From positions 37,588-101,587 of IMG/VR virus record IMGVR_UViG_3300032245_001170: a DNA stretch of 64,000 bases. The stretch is one strand, 5' to 3'. Below, one piece after another: positions 20,184 through 30,197 of this stretch; within the stretch, counting starts at the first letter, position 1, and each line of letters opens with the position of its first letter. Position numbers and translations under genes: made by a program. This DNA comes from a virus. A model generated the notes under the pieces. It was not told the DNA's origin and ran no database searches. It worked only from the letters and a program-made list of their open reading frames with translations.

Positions 20184-20677
20184 GTCCAATTGAGTTAAGA
20201 GTTGCAGAGGCTAGTCGTAAGACTATTGAAGCTTTACAGCTTCAGGGTATGAGTGTAAATCAGAGCTATGGCTACGACGCACCATCCCTTCCTTCAGACA
20301 TTACAGATCTTATGGAAGAACAAGTTATGGATCTCTACAGTAAGTACGTTGCTTACTTGGAGTTTATTAGCCTACAACTTTGGTGTGCAGAGGTAGACAG
20401 AGCAGAGGCAGATAAGAACTTATCTTTTATAAAGTCACAGAAAAGGTTGGCTTTAAAGAAAGCGGGAACTTCTGTATCTATGATTGATGCAGAGATCGAT
20501 GTAGATCCAGACTACAAAGCTAAGCTAGATGCTCTACAGGAGCTATCTAACTACCGTGGCCTTATTCACATCATCTCTGAACGTCTTTCAAAAGACATTT
20601 CGTTAATCAACAGAGAGATTACACGCAGAGTTAATATTAATAAAGCAACCGTTAGAAGTTCATGGACAACGCCATGA
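20180..20677 (+). CDS. Helical hypothetical protein (possibly UvsY-like)
   Basis: Coiled-coil character; recombination module context. Confidence 0.5.
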   Translation: MSPIELRVAEASRKTIEALQLQGMSVNQSYGYDAPSLPSDITDLMEEQVMDLYSKYVAYLEFISLQLWCAEVDRAEADKNLSFIKSQKRLALKKAGTSVSMIDAEIDVDPDYKAKLDALQELSNYRGLIHIISERLSKDISLINREITRRVNINKATVRSSWTTP

Positions 20678-21297
20678 AGCAAGAATGGGAGCAGCTTTCT
20701 TTATTCACTGATGATGAGTTAGGTTTACCCAAAGGCCCTACTGGTTGGCCTGGATATGAAATCATTGGCCTTACTGGTTACGCACAATCCGGTAAAGACA
20801 CTGTTGCCTCTATCTTGGTAGAGAAGTATGGCTACCGTCGCATTGCCTTTGCAGACACAATTAGAGATTTTTTGTATGGGATTAACCCTATGGTTGCATG
20901 CAGTCCTACTGGTTATCTGCAAGATCTTGTAAACCTAGTTGGTTGGGATACCGCAAAACAAGAGCCTCAAGTTCGTCGTTTATTGCAGGACTTGGGTATC
21001 TCTGCAAGAGATCTACTTGACAAAGACATTTGGATTACTAGCGCATTGAACAAAGTAAACAGTGGTGATCGTGTGGTAGTAACAGACGTTAGGTTTGAAA
21101 ACGAAGCTGAAAAAGTTAAATCTTTGGGCGGTCAACTCTGGCGTATAAAGCGTGTTGGGTTTGGTCCAGTAAACGAACACGTTTCAGAATCTGAATTAGA
21201 CGGATATAAAGTAGATCAAATTTTTGTAAACAACGGGTCTATTGAAGATTTAGAGGTTTTAATTACTACTAGGATGCGTAATGCCCTCCCAGAGTAG
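20674..21297 (+). CDS. Deoxynucleoside monophosphate kinase
   Basis: IIGLTGYAQSGKDT, FAD, R.LLQ.LG, TDVRFENE, H.SE. Confidence 0.92.
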   Translation: MKQEWEQLSLFTDDELGLPKGPTGWPGYEIIGLTGYAQSGKDTVASILVEKYGYRRIAFADTIRDFLYGINPMVACSPTGYLQDLVNLVGWDTAKQEPQVRRLLQDLGISARDLLDKDIWITSALNKVNSGDRVVVTDVRFENEAEKVKSLGGQLWRIKRVGFGPVNEHVSESELDGYKVDQIFVNNGSIEDLEVLITTRMRNALPE

Positions 21298-21631
21298 AAA
21301 ACATCGTGGCTACAAGTCACAAAAAATTGTGGCTAATTACCTGGTAGAACATGGCTGGCCTTATGCGGAGTCAACCGGTGCCGGTAGGTCTGGTACTGAC
21401 GTTACAGGAACTATTGGCATTGATTGGGAAGTAAAGGCTAGAAAAGATTTCAACCCATCTGCAGCTATAAAACAGCTAAAAGAACGCCATAACGGTAAAG
21501 ATTTGCCGGTAGCTGTCCTTCGTCTTAATGGCCAAGGTGAGGCAAATATTGGGGAATGGCCGGTAATGCTAAGGCTAGAAGACTTTGTCAATCTGCTGAA
21601 AGAGGCTGGATACGCTGACGGAGCCTCCTAA
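21281..21631 (+). CDS. Holliday-junction resolvase (PD-(D/E)xK)
   Basis: RK.RG..Q..VA.YL, G.D...EVKAR. Confidence 0.75.
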   Translation: MPSQSRKHRGYKSQKIVANYLVEHGWPYAESTGAGRSGTDVTGTIGIDWEVKARKDFNPSAAIKQLKERHNGKDLPVAVLRLNGQGEANIGEWPVMLRLEDFVNLLKEAGYADGAS

Positions 21632-21690
21632 ATCACGTACCTTTTACCTTAGAGGGCGACTCTAAATCGAAACCTAAGGACTACAAAAAC

Positions 21691-21975
21691 GTGATTGAAA
21701 AAGATTCAGGTGAGGAACAGTTCCTGCGTGTAAGCGCTGGTTCTAATGCACAGTCGGTAGGCTCGGCTATTGCTCATGCACTGTATGAGCGCCCACAAGT
21801 AAAGTTGAGGGCAGTAGGGGCTTCCGCAGTAAATCAAGCAGTAAAAGCTATTGCTATCGCCCGTGGCTATGTTGCACCTAGAGGTTTAGACCTCAGTTGT
21901 AGGCCAGGATTTACCACAGTAGATTCTCGTGACGGACAAATTTCTGCAATAGTCTTTACTATCAATGTAAATTGA
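21691..21975 (+). CDS. spoVS: SpoVS-family protein
   Basis: LRVS..S....V..AIA...AVGA.AVNQAVKAIAIARGYVAP.G.DL...P.F. Confidence 0.88.
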   Translation: MIEKDSGEEQFLRVSAGSNAQSVGSAIAHALYERPQVKLRAVGASAVNQAVKAIAIARGYVAPRGLDLSCRPGFTTVDSRDGQISAIVFTINVN

Positions 21976-22017
21976 TATATTCTTTATTACAAGAGATCTC
22001 TAACAGTTAGGAACACC

Positions 22018-22386
22018 ATGGCAAAAGGCTCAATCCCAAGCCCTGACGAGGCGCTTGCAGGTATGGCAAAACAAGGTCGCAAGCCTATGATGAAAGATGG
22101 AATTAAGTTTACTTCTCCATCTGCATCACCTAAGGCAGGAACACTTGTACCAAAAAAGGGAGCACAGTCTGGAGACCCATACGGTCAAAAGGGTGCACCA
22201 CGTAGCAACATTTCTGCAACAGGTCAAGACCGTGCAGGAGCAGCTTATTCAATCAAGGGCGGACCTCGATATACAAAGATGGTCGATCCATCAGCAGGAG
22301 CAACACAGGCTAACGGAAGAATCATTAGCACTGCTGCAAAGCGTGATCGTATGAACTTTGATTCAGGTGCTGGCACTTCGTACTAA
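22018..22386 (+). CDS. Basic low-complexity hypothetical protein
   Basis: ORF with RBS, followed by a hairpin. Confidence 0.6.
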   Translation: MAKGSIPSPDEALAGMAKQGRKPMMKDGIKFTSPSASPKAGTLVPKKGAQSGDPYGQKGAPRSNISATGQDRAGAAYSIKGGPRYTKMVDPSAGATQANGRIISTAAKRDRMNFDSGAGTSY

Positions 22387-22402
22387 TTTGATGTATGCTA
22401 GT

Positions 22403-22435
22403 TACTAGGCCTTGGGGTTTCCTCAGGGCCTAGTA
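22403..22435 (+). terminator. Hairpin/terminator
   Basis: TACTAGGCCTTG..CAGGGCCTAGTA. Confidence 0.55.
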
Positions 22436-22462
22436 CTATAATCGGAGCAATAGGAGGCGGAT

Positions 22463-22696
22463 ATGTCGTTGCAAGATTTGTATGCTGAAGTGAAGTCATC
22501 AGGTAACTTAAAGCTTTGCATTGTAGGGCAATGGGCAGAGTCGCTACCAGAAGAAGATAAAAAAATACTTGAAGTAGCCATTGAAGATGACGATCTAAGC
22601 ACAAAAGATTTATTTTTACTACTCCGCCGTGCCGGTGGAACATTTGGCAAAACTGCCGTTCGTGACCACCGACGAGGAGATTGTGTATGTCTTTAG
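22463..22696 (+). CDS. Hypothetical protein
   Basis: RBS AGGAGG; C-terminal HRRGDCVC. Confidence 0.65.
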   Translation: MSLQDLYAEVKSSGNLKLCIVGQWAESLPEEDKKILEVAIEDDDLSTKDLFLLLRRAGGTFGKTAVRDHRRGDCVCL

Positions 22697-23865
22697 CAGA
22701 TGATTACAACGAAATTATAAAAGCTGGACAAGAAGGTTCAGATAAAGTAAGTAAAAGTATTCCGGAAGCATGGCGACCACGTTCTGAAATAGGAACAGAT
22801 GGCGGCTTTATTGTTTCTACACCACGTCCAGATGGTAATACTCCTGGAGCAGAAGAAATTCTTATTGAAGCAAAGCTAGATCCAGCAGAGTGGGTTATTG
22901 TTTCTCACCGACGCTCACGTTGGCAAACATTTAACGGTGATTGGTTAGAGTCTTTTAGAGTTAACGTTGTACCTTCAGGTAAGACCAATGCACCAGATTA
23001 TGACTTAGAGCAATTATTATCTGTAATTGTTAATTGGACTCCAGGAGAAGTTTTTAGTTCTAAAGGTGATTTAACTGCTGTTTATAGTATTGGCGATACG
23101 CAATATGGTAAGGATGATACTCCTGCAATTATAGATAGAGTTCTTACATCTCTTGATGAGGCTGTTGCACACCACAAGTATCTTGCTAGCAAGTATTCAA
23201 TCGGACAGATTGCACTACCTCAATTGGGTGACTGTATTGAGGGAATGACAAGTCAAAAGGGTAAAGTAATGGGACGCCATGACATTGGTGTTTCAGAGCA
23301 AGTCCGTGTAGGACGCCGTATGTTACTTGCACAGATTAAGGCTTTAGCCCCATTAGCTGAAAAGATTATTGTTCCTGTGGTTCCAGGTAACCATGATGAG
23401 GTACAGCGTTTCTTAGTTGGTCGTCCAGAAGATTCTTGGCAGATCGATGTTGTAGCTCAGGTAGAGGACATTTGCAAGGAAAGCGAGTTCCTTAGGGATC
23501 GTGTTGAATTTAGATACCCAGCAGCAGATGACAGCACGCTAACTGTAAACCTAAGCGGGGTTATGTATGGCATGGCACACGGGCATCAAGCACGTGACAT
23601 GGTTAAGTGGTGGCAAGGTCAAGTTATGGGACGTTGTTCTGTAGCGGACGCAGACATTCTTAACGTAGGCCATTACCATCATTATCGTTCACAGAATGTT
23701 GGACCACGTTTGTTTATTCAAAACCCAGCAATGGATAATGGGTCAGCTTGGTTTAGAGATAAGTCTGGGCTTGAAAGCGCACCAGGAATTATTTCTTTAG
23801 TTGTTGGTGAGGGTATAGATCCTCGAAGAGAACTTATTGTACTCGGCGGTAAAAACGACCGATAA
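22687..23865 (+). CDS. Calcineurin-like metallophosphoesterase (Mre11/SbcD-like)
   Basis: GDTQ, LGD, GNHDE, HGH, GHYH. Confidence 0.85.
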   Translation: MSLADDYNEIIKAGQEGSDKVSKSIPEAWRPRSEIGTDGGFIVSTPRPDGNTPGAEEILIEAKLDPAEWVIVSHRRSRWQTFNGDWLESFRVNVVPSGKTNAPDYDLEQLLSVIVNWTPGEVFSSKGDLTAVYSIGDTQYGKDDTPAIIDRVLTSLDEAVAHHKYLASKYSIGQIALPQLGDCIEGMTSQKGKVMGRHDIGVSEQVRVGRRMLLAQIKALAPLAEKIIVPVVPGNHDEVQRFLVGRPEDSWQIDVVAQVEDICKESEFLRDRVEFRYPAADDSTLTVNLSGVMYGMAHGHQARDMVKWWQGQVMGRCSVADADILNVGHYHHYRSQNVGPRLFIQNPAMDNGSAWFRDKSGLESAPGIISLVVGEGIDPRRELIVLGGKNDR

Positions 23866-23901
23866 TAAAAAACCCCCGGTTATTAGCCGGGGGTTCTTTA
23901 T
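23864..23901. terminator. Bidirectional intrinsic terminator
   Basis: AAAAAACCCCCGGTTATTAGCCGGGGGTTCTT between convergent genes. Confidence 0.85.
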
Positions 23902-23905
23902 TTAA

Positions 23906-24454
23906 TTACTTACCGCAGCAAGAACATTTCGTAGCTGCAGGGGTTGCAGGAGCTGCGCCAAACTTAGGGCGACCAAATCCTACAATAGAGATCATAACTT
24001 TCTTAGGGTTTTTCTTATAAGCACGAAGCTTCTTAGATACCTGTCCACCATTGCGTTGTGAGCCTTTATCATCTGGGCTTGTGTTTCCTTCGATACACCA
24101 TACAGTTCCATCGCCATTATCTTTTACAACAATGCCTACGTGACTGATTCTATCGACACCGTCTGAGGGAAAATCAAAATAGGCGATATCACCTGGTTCT
24201 GGATCTGCAACATCTCCATCAATCCATGATCCAGCTTTCTTAAACGCTGCTGCTCCACCTGGGGTGTAAACGGTATTAGGTACCTTTACTCCAGCTTCGT
24301 TAGCGCACCAGTTTACGAAAGATCCACACCATGGCTGGAAATTAGCCTTGGTATAGGCACCGTACTTTGTTTCATTATCCTTTGGACCTTCAATGGTTCC
24401 AAGTTCCGCTGTCGCTACTTCAATGAGTTTAGCTGCTGTTCCTTTGTCCGCCAT
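23906..24454 (-). CDS. CHAP-domain peptidoglycan hydrolase (endolysin)
   Basis: PWCGSFV, PGDI, HVGIV, IEGNT. Confidence 0.88.
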   Translation of the reverse strand: MADKGTAAKLIEVATAELGTIEGPKDNETKYGAYTKANFQPWCGSFVNWCANEAGVKVPNTVYTPGGAAAFKKAGSWIDGDVADPEPGDIAYFDFPSDGVDRISHVGIVVKDNGDGTVWCIEGNTSPDDKGSQRNGGQVSKKLRAYKKNPKKVMISIVGFGRPKFGAAPATPAATKCSCCGK

Positions 24455-24837
24455 TACTTATTCCAATCTTCGTCTACAGGTTGTTCTGCGGGTACTTCTC
24501 CATCAGGCTTAGCTGCAGCTGCATAAGAAACAGCGCCTGCTGAGCTGATTACGATATCTGTACCGTTTTGCTTAGCCTCAACCTTTAGATCAGACTCAGT
24601 CTTAGCCTTAGTATCAACTGCAGAGAAAGCTGAGTTAATTTCTTCTAAGTCAAGTTTGCCATCATTCATAAAGCCACGTGCTAGCTTCTCTACGACTGCG
24701 GCAACCGCTGTAAGACCAGCAACTGTTACTGCTGTAAGGGTGTCAACACCTGCAATGGCACCAGCACCGATTACTGACAAACCGCTAGCTGCAAATACAG
24801 CTACGATTCTCAATAAGATATTTCCGATTGATTTCAT
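24454..24837 (-). CDS. Holin-like membrane protein
   Basis: Two N-terminal TM segments; adjacent to the endolysin. Confidence 0.55.
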   Translation of the reverse strand: MKSIGNILLRIVAVFAASGLSVIGAGAIAGVDTLTAVTVAGLTAVAAVVEKLARGFMNDGKLDLEEINSAFSAVDTKAKTESDLKVEAKQNGTDIVISSAGAVSYAAAAKPDGEVPAEQPVDEDWNK

Positions 24838-25007
24838 TATTCCTCATCCTTTGGGTTACGAAGGGGATAGGTAACGGCCCAAGCAAACAAAGTTCCAATA
24901 ATTGCGTAACCAACAACAGTCTTTGCAGATCCGTCAAGAACAACCCAGGCAATAAACATGCCTAACAATGTCCATAGTTGATCAATCATGTCTTTAATAA
25001 TCTTCAA
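24837..25007 (-). CDS. 56-aa two-TM membrane protein (absent from the ORF track)
   Basis: [56 protein letters not shown]; start and stop overlap both neighbours. Confidence 0.7.
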   Translation of the reverse strand: MKIIKDMIDQLWTLLGMFIAWVVLDGSAKTVVGYAIIGTLFAWAVTYPLRNPKDEE

Positions 25008-27235
25008 GGTTTACGTCTCCTAACGCCTTTAGAATCTCCGGAAGCTCCACCGCCACCGGATCCACCACCGCTACCACCACCGGATGATGGTGCTGCGGGT
25101 CCACCTGCTGCAGATGCAGCAATACCTACCGCATTAAGCGCAGCATTACCTGCGATAATTGCGGCAACTACCATTTGTTGTGCTTCTTCACGTTCTTGTG
25201 GGGACATATCAGCACCTATACTTCCAAGTGCTTGTAGGGCTTCGCCCGGATCGCTAAATATTGCGCCAATTAATTCTGCAGGGTTCTCAAGTAGTACGAG
25301 GGCTGCAGCAACGTCTGCCGTAATGATAACTTTATTTCCGTTTTCATCCTGCCTAACCTCGACAGGAGTCTTTGGGGGAAGGTCCTTATACTCAAGTCCC
25401 GCTTCAGCAATTGCTTCAGCAGTTACTGCTTCGCCAGGTTTTAGGTCTTCTATAAGTGTGTTAACCTTTTCCTCTATTGATGGAGGTTCAGGTGATTCTG
25501 GTAACGGATTTTGTGGCTCTGGCTCTGGTGACACTGGTGCTGGTTCTTGTTCCAAAGGTGGTTCGACTTCCGCAGGAGGCTCCTCGGGTTCTACGGGTGG
25601 CGCTTCGGGTTCTACCGGTGGTAGTGGCTCTTCTGTGGGTGGTAATGGCTCTTCTGTGGGAGGTTCAGTAGGCAATGGCTCAGGATCAGGAATTGCTACA
25701 GGTGGCTCCTCAGGTTCTGGAGCAGGTTCTGGAGCAGGCTCGGGTTGCGGTTCAGGTTCTGGAACAGGTTCAGGAACGGGTTCTGGTTCAGGCGCAGGCT
25801 CAGGCGCAGGTTCTGGGGTTGGCTCTGGCAAAGGCTCAGGCTGTGGTGCAGGCTCTGGTTGAGGTTCAGGAGTCGGCGCAGGTTCAGGAGCAGGTGTCGG
25901 ATTGGCCGGGACCGGGTCCACTGGTGGAGTTGTAACAGCCGCTGCTGCAGCCTCTGCCGCAATACGTGCTGCCTCCGCTGCTGCGGCTAATCTTGCTGCC
26001 TCTGCAGCTGCTGCAGCTTGTCGTTCATATTCTGCTTGTACGGCCGCTGCTTCTGCCGCAACTCTAGCCGCTTCAATTGCTGCTAATCGTGCAGCTTCAA
26101 CTCTTGCTGCCTCAGCTTCTGCTGCTACACGTGCCGCTTCTGCTGCCGCTGCTTGTTCTGCAGCAATTCTTGCAGCCTCTGCGGCTGCCGCTTGTTCTGC
26201 TGCAATACGTGCAGCCTCTGCTGCTGCAGCTTGTTCAGCAGCAATTCTTGCTGCTTCTGCAGCTGCTGCTGCAGCCGCTGCTGCTGCTTGTTGTGCTTCT
26301 AATTCTGCTTGAGTTAATGCGTTTGCTGCAAGCTCTACTGGAGCGTCAATCTTTGTAACGTTTGCTTGTTCAAGGGTAGATACTGTTCCGTTTTGTAAGC
26401 GAGCACCATTACGTTCATTACCTGCTAGAGGGCCATCTACAGAGTATGTGTATGAAACATTTCCGTCTGTAAGGATCTGTGCAGTAATGACAATTTGAGT
26501 TGTATCACCAGTCATAGTTCCAAATGGACGATATTTACCATCAACTTGAAACCCACCATCAGAGGTACGAATAATAAAGTGAGTATCTGGCATTTGATTA
26601 GGCAATGCCCACCAGTCTTTAGATTCAACAGAGATAGATGGCGTATTTGGGTATGCCCAATAAGTGCCATCAGGTTGACCAAAAGTAATAACTGAGTTAG
26701 TTGTTGCGTAAATATCTGTATACTGAACACCGTTAAATAACACTGGCACAGTAATAGGAATACGATAGGAGCTATCGTCACCAGCATTGGTAACGGTTTC
26801 TACTACTGGATTTACTACTGGTGCCGCAACTACTACAGGTGGAGGAGTTAAAGATGGTTCCGGATTTGTTTGCGGTGTGCTTACTGGTTCTGGGGTTGGG
26901 GTTGGTTCTGGGGTACTTGTTGGCGATGCCTCGGGTGAAGGTGTTGGAGACGGCTCTACACTCGGAGAGGGAGAACTGGTTGGCTCGGGAGTCGAAGTTG
27001 GCGCAGGCTCACTCGTTGGCGATGTTGAAGGTGAAGGACTTGGAGTCGACTCAGTTGGACTTGGACTCGGACTTGAGTCGGGAGTCGGAGCGACAGTGGG
27101 TTGAGAAGTCTCAGTGGAAGCTGGGCTAACGGCAACTACTTCAGTAGTTGTTTCTTCTGCGTATGCTGAGTTTTGTCCCAATATAAATAGGAATAGTGCG
27201 AGGATTAATGCTGCGAATAGGCGCAGTGGGTTTAT
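25004..27235 (-). CDS. Large secreted/membrane-anchored surface protein (signal peptide, P/S/T stalk, NIDO-like domain, Ala-rich coil, PE repeats, C-terminal TM)
   Basis: In-frame extension from ATA 27235 gives [25 protein letters not shown]; GDDSSY.IP....[15 protein letters not shown]; C-terminal hydrophobic stretch and RRRKP. Confidence 0.75.
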   Translation of the reverse strand: MNPLRLFAALILALFLFILGQNSAYAEETTTEVVAVSPASTETSQPTVAPTPDSSPSPSPTESTPSPSPSTSPTSEPAPTSTPEPTSSPSPSVEPSPTPSPEASPTSTPEPTPTPEPVSTPQTNPEPSLTPPPVVVAAPVVNPVVETVTNAGDDSSYRIPITVPVLFNGVQYTDIYATTNSVITFGQPDGTYWAYPNTPSISVESKDWWALPNQMPDTHFIIRTSDGGFQVDGKYRPFGTMTGDTTQIVITAQILTDGNVSYTYSVDGPLAGNERNGARLQNGTVSTLEQANVTKIDAPVELAANALTQAELEAQQAAAAAAAAAAEAARIAAEQAAAAEAARIAAEQAAAAEAARIAAEQAAAAEAARVAAEAEAARVEAARLAAIEAARVAAEAAAVQAEYERQAAAAAEAARLAAAAEAARIAAEAAAAAVTTPPVDPVPANPTPAPEPAPTPEPQPEPAPQPEPLPEPTPEPAPEPAPEPEPVPEPVPEPEPQPEPAPEPAPEPEEPPVAIPDPEPLPTEPPTEEPLPPTEEPLPPVEPEAPPVEPEEPPAEVEPPLEQEPAPVSPEPEPQNPLPESPEPPSIEEKVNTLIEDLKPGEAVTAEAIAEAGLEYKDLPPKTPVEVRQDENGNKVIITADVAAALVLLENPAELIGAIFSDPGEALQALGSIGADMSPQEREEAQQMVVAAIIAGNAALNAVGIAASAAGGPAAPSSGGGSGGGSGGGGASGDSKGVRRRKP
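25480..26300 (-). repeat. Coding tandem repeats (PE-rich tract and [13 protein letters not shown] units)
   Basis: Imperfect ~39-bp units and a PEP tract within the surface-protein gene. Confidence 0.85.
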
Positions 27236-27329
27236 TTTATCTCCTTAGTAACTATGGTCATACTTTAACATGACGGGGTGTAATTTGTGTATCATAGTTA
27301 CGCTTACAACTTAAACTCTTGGAGATCTA

Positions 27330-27536
27330 ATGTCACCTCAAGACTGGGCCGCGTTTGCACTTTCAATTAGTTCGTTAATTGGTGCATTTGCAATAATGAT
27401 TCGTTGGATGGTTAAACATTACCTATCTGAATTGAAACCAAATTCCGGCAGCAGTTTAAAAGATGCTGTCAATAGATTAGAATCAAGAATTGATGATCTA
27501 TACGTGATCATCGCAGAACGAAATAACAAGGAGTAA
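27330..27536 (+). CDS. Small single-TM membrane protein
   Basis: N-terminal TM, then 'ELKPNSGSSLKDAVNR'. Confidence 0.7.
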   Translation: MSPQDWAAFALSISSLIGAFAIMIRWMVKHYLSELKPNSGSSLKDAVNRLESRIDDLYVIIAERNNKE

Positions 27537-27539
27537 CAA

Positions 27540-27827
27540 ATGAAAATTGATCCAAAGATTGTAGCAATGCTTGCCTCTTGGGCCCGCTCTTTTATTGCAG
27601 CGGCTACCGCTTTGTGGGCAACAGGTAATACAGATCCAAAGGGTCTTATTGCAGCAGGTTTAGCAGCAGTGATTCCCGTAGCTCTTCGTGCCATTAACCC
27701 TAAAGACCCAGCATTTGGTATTGTGAAGCTAGCTCTTCCACAAATTACCAAGCAATTAGACGCTGTTCTTGAGGCTTCTAATAAAAAAGCAGCCGCTAAG
27801 AAAGCCGCAACACCTAAAAAGAAGTAA
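27540..27827 (+). CDS. Holin-like protein
   Basis: Two TM segments, 'NPKDPAFG', basic tail. Confidence 0.6.
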   Translation: MKIDPKIVAMLASWARSFIAAATALWATGNTDPKGLIAAGLAAVIPVALRAINPKDPAFGIVKLALPQITKQLDAVLEASNKKAAAKKAATPKKK

Positions 27828-27836
27828 ACTCTAGGT

Positions 27837-28379
27837 ATGCCTTCCTCACATCAAAATTGGCAGTACCTTGGAGCCAGCGGTTATATTGGCGCTTACACCA
27901 CCACTGGTGGTGGAGGCACGCCTGTCGTACCTCGAAGCTCTATGGATTTCTTGCGTATGGGTGTGGGAAGAACTCCAGAAGCTGAATACCCAGATGGTTA
28001 CCTAGGAACAATTCGTTCTCGTCGTGACGATAAAGGCAAGCCTTACGCAACTTCAGATACAGTTTTAGATTCTCTTAAGGCACGTCAGAACCAACGTGGA
28101 TACCAACGAGGTGTTCACAAAGGTGAGCGAATTGATCCGGGTGAGTACGCCTGGCCAGATGGTTTGAAACCAGATCGTAGATTAAAAGTGTCTCCTAAGT
28201 TCGATGAGAACGAGGGCAGCATGCTTATGTATGTTCGTAGAAATGCGCCTAATCAAAATTTAGCGCCTGCTCCTCATCTTGTTAATGATGGTAAAGCAAA
28301 TGTTTCTGCAAATGTTCCTGCTGAATTCCACCCAAGAACTGCAGCTCACTTCCAACATCTAAAGCCTAGGTTTCAATAA
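27837..28379 (+). CDS. Hypothetical protein
   Basis: 180-aa ORF in a packed operon. Confidence 0.65.
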   Translation: MPSSHQNWQYLGASGYIGAYTTTGGGGTPVVPRSSMDFLRMGVGRTPEAEYPDGYLGTIRSRRDDKGKPYATSDTVLDSLKARQNQRGYQRGVHKGERIDPGEYAWPDGLKPDRRLKVSPKFDENEGSMLMYVRRNAPNQNLAPAPHLVNDGKANVSANVPAEFHPRTAAHFQHLKPRFQ

Positions 28380-28729
28380 TGTATACACAAGACTCTGTTT
28401 ATGATCATAGTAAGGGTCGTCCCATTACCTCTGAGGATCCGGGGATCCGTTACGATTACATGGGGCCTTTTAAAGATACACAAGAGGCTTTGTTAACTAG
28501 AGCTGTTCGTTCAGTAACTCTTCCAAAGCAGATGGTTCAGGATATTGTTCGACCACCTTTGCCACAGATACAGCTATTCCCACCGCGTTACGGTTACCGT
28601 ACACGTGCTATTGGCATTATGGATGTAATGGATGTTGATGCTCAGTTTGAGCCTACAAGAACAGACTATTCACAATCTCCCACCTCATATCAGGGAACTA
28701 GCCGTAACGTATCAGAATCAGTATGGTAA
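28379..28729 (+). CDS. Hypothetical protein
   Basis: TAATG overlap. Confidence 0.6.
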   Translation: MYTQDSVYDHSKGRPITSEDPGIRYDYMGPFKDTQEALLTRAVRSVTLPKQMVQDIVRPPLPQIQLFPPRYGYRTRAIGIMDVMDVDAQFEPTRTDYSQSPTSYQGTSRNVSESVW

Positions 28730-28735
28730 CGGGTA

Positions 28736-28972
28736 ATGAGCGATGAGTTTGTAAAAAAATGGAAGGGTGTAAAAAAGGGAGACCCTGAATACACCGGAGT
28801 TATGACAAATTCAAGGTATCATTGTAAAGATTGTTTTGTAAATTCTGGATGGTCTCACGGAGAAGATCGAGCTGCAGCAGTAGCTGCTAATCGTGCTCCT
28901 AAACTTTCTGGAATTTGCAGGGATTGTTCTACCCTTAGGTCTACAGATGGAAAGTGTGGTTGTAATGATTGA
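28736..28972 (+). CDS. Cys-rich small protein
   Basis: CKDC, CRDC, CGC. Confidence 0.55.
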   Translation: MSDEFVKKWKGVKKGDPEYTGVMTNSRYHCKDCFVNSGWSHGEDRAAAVAANRAPKLSGICRDCSTLRSTDGKCGCND

Positions 28973-29135
28973 GGAATACAGCACTGAAACTATCTATGAT
29001 GGTAGTGTGGAGTGTCCTAAGTGCGGCCTATTTATGACCCCAGTAGAAGCTATGTACACTGATGGAAAGATGTGTCCGTCTTGCAGAAACGATCTTTATG
29101 GAAAGCATATGAAAGGAGCTATGAGTGGCCGCTAA
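28965..29135 (+). CDS. Zn-ribbon small protein
   Basis: CPKCG..CPSC. Confidence 0.6.
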   Translation: MIEEYSTETIYDGSVECPKCGLFMTPVEAMYTDGKMCPSCRNDLYGKHMKGAMSGR

Positions 29136-29412
29136 TTCAGGTGGAAAGCCTCCTAGAAACAGTACTCCCTCAGGAGCAAAAAAAGCCCGTGTGAGCAGAG
29201 TTCATACCGTAAGCGCTATCAAACGTCGATCATCCTTCAGCTCAGTAGAGTCTTGGGATCGTAAGTCTGCTGGAAAATGGCAGGCAGGGCAATCAAGCAG
29301 CCTCAATCCCGGCTCTGAACAAGCTACAGCTAGGCGCAGGAATACTACTAAGTATGTTGCTAGAACTAAGAAAGTCATTAGACCTAGGGTTCGTAAACAG
29401 CAAAAAGGCTGA
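29125..29412 (+). CDS. Arg/Lys-rich small protein
   Basis: RBS GAAAGGAG; highly basic. Confidence 0.55.
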   Translation: MAANSGGKPPRNSTPSGAKKARVSRVHTVSAIKRRSSFSSVESWDRKSAGKWQAGQSSSLNPGSEQATARRRNTTKYVARTKKVIRPRVRKQQKG

Positions 29413-29443
29413 CAATACATAAAAAAGGGTAGATACTAAGAAT

Positions 29444-29569
29444 ATGGCTATCAGAACTCCAGACGGCAAAGACGCTAAGTACAAGGTCGTACCTCTAAAG
29501 GTAAAGACCAAGGCTGATGTTGAAAAGGAAAAAGAAGCTAAAAAGAAAAAGAAAGCAGGCAAGAAATGA
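29444..29569 (+). CDS. Lys-rich peptide (41 aa)
   Basis: MAIRTPDGKDAK...KKKKKAGKK. Confidence 0.55.
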   Translation: MAIRTPDGKDAKYKVVPLKVKTKADVEKEKEAKKKKKAGKK

Positions 29570-29745
29570 GCAACGTACCTCGTAGAGAGAATGCCTCAAG
29601 TCGTGGATCTTTTACACACAGTGTTAGAGCTAAAGACGGTTCTTGGTCAGGTTCTGTAACCCCTATGGGTGCATCTTCTGCTGCTCATGCTAAAGGAATT
29701 ATTGAACAAGACGGCAAGTACGAAGTTACTACAGGTAAGGATTAA
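29566..29745 (+). CDS. Small protein (59 aa)
   Basis: ATGA overlap; MSNVPRRE.. Confidence 0.55.
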   Translation: MSNVPRRENASSRGSFTHSVRAKDGSWSGSVTPMGASSAAHAKGIIEQDGKYEVTTGKD

Positions 29746-29747
29746 TC

Positions 29748-29903
29748 ATGGCTGCTGGAGTACCACGTAGAGAAAAAGTTCGTAAAGGATTTACTTCACC
29801 AAAAGGAATTGCTTTCTTATCAAAAGCTTCAGGAAACAAAAAAGTAGAACCAACTACAGTTAAAAAAGTTACGCCGCTTTATGACCAAGAAAAGGACAAG
29901 TAA
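29748..29903 (+). CDS. Small basic protein (51 aa)
   Basis: RBS AAGGA; MAAGVPRRE.. Confidence 0.55.
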   Translation: MAAGVPRREKVRKGFTSPKGIAFLSKASGNKKVEPTTVKKVTPLYDQEKDK

Positions 29904-30187
29904 TGGCAACTAATGAATCACGCTCACTTAACGCATCTATGAATGATGGAGCAACCGACGGTAAGTACCGCAAGGTACGCCCTAACACTACTGTTGCCGA
30001 TCCTTCTACAGGAGATGACATCATGCGAGCTAACCGCAGTGGTCTAAATCCATATTGGAACTATGACTTTATTGAGCAAGAGGCAACAACAAAGGTTAAT
30101 CCTTTGTCAAGCAACGCTTCAGCTACACGTCGTGCACCTATGCCAGTTGCTGACATTGAAAACAATCAAATGGGTGCTAATTACTAA
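29903..30187 (+). CDS. Hypothetical protein
   Basis: TAATG overlap. Confidence 0.6.
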   Translation: MATNESRSLNASMNDGATDGKYRKVRPNTTVADPSTGDDIMRANRSGLNPYWNYDFIEQEATTKVNPLSSNASATRRAPMPVADIENNQMGANY

Positions 30188-30197
30188 GGAGCCGTAA

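Noticed and set aside
24978-27129. Several long plus-strand ORFs (Gly/Ser- and Ala-rich)
   Set aside because: Antisense shadows of the repeat-rich minus-strand surface-protein gene
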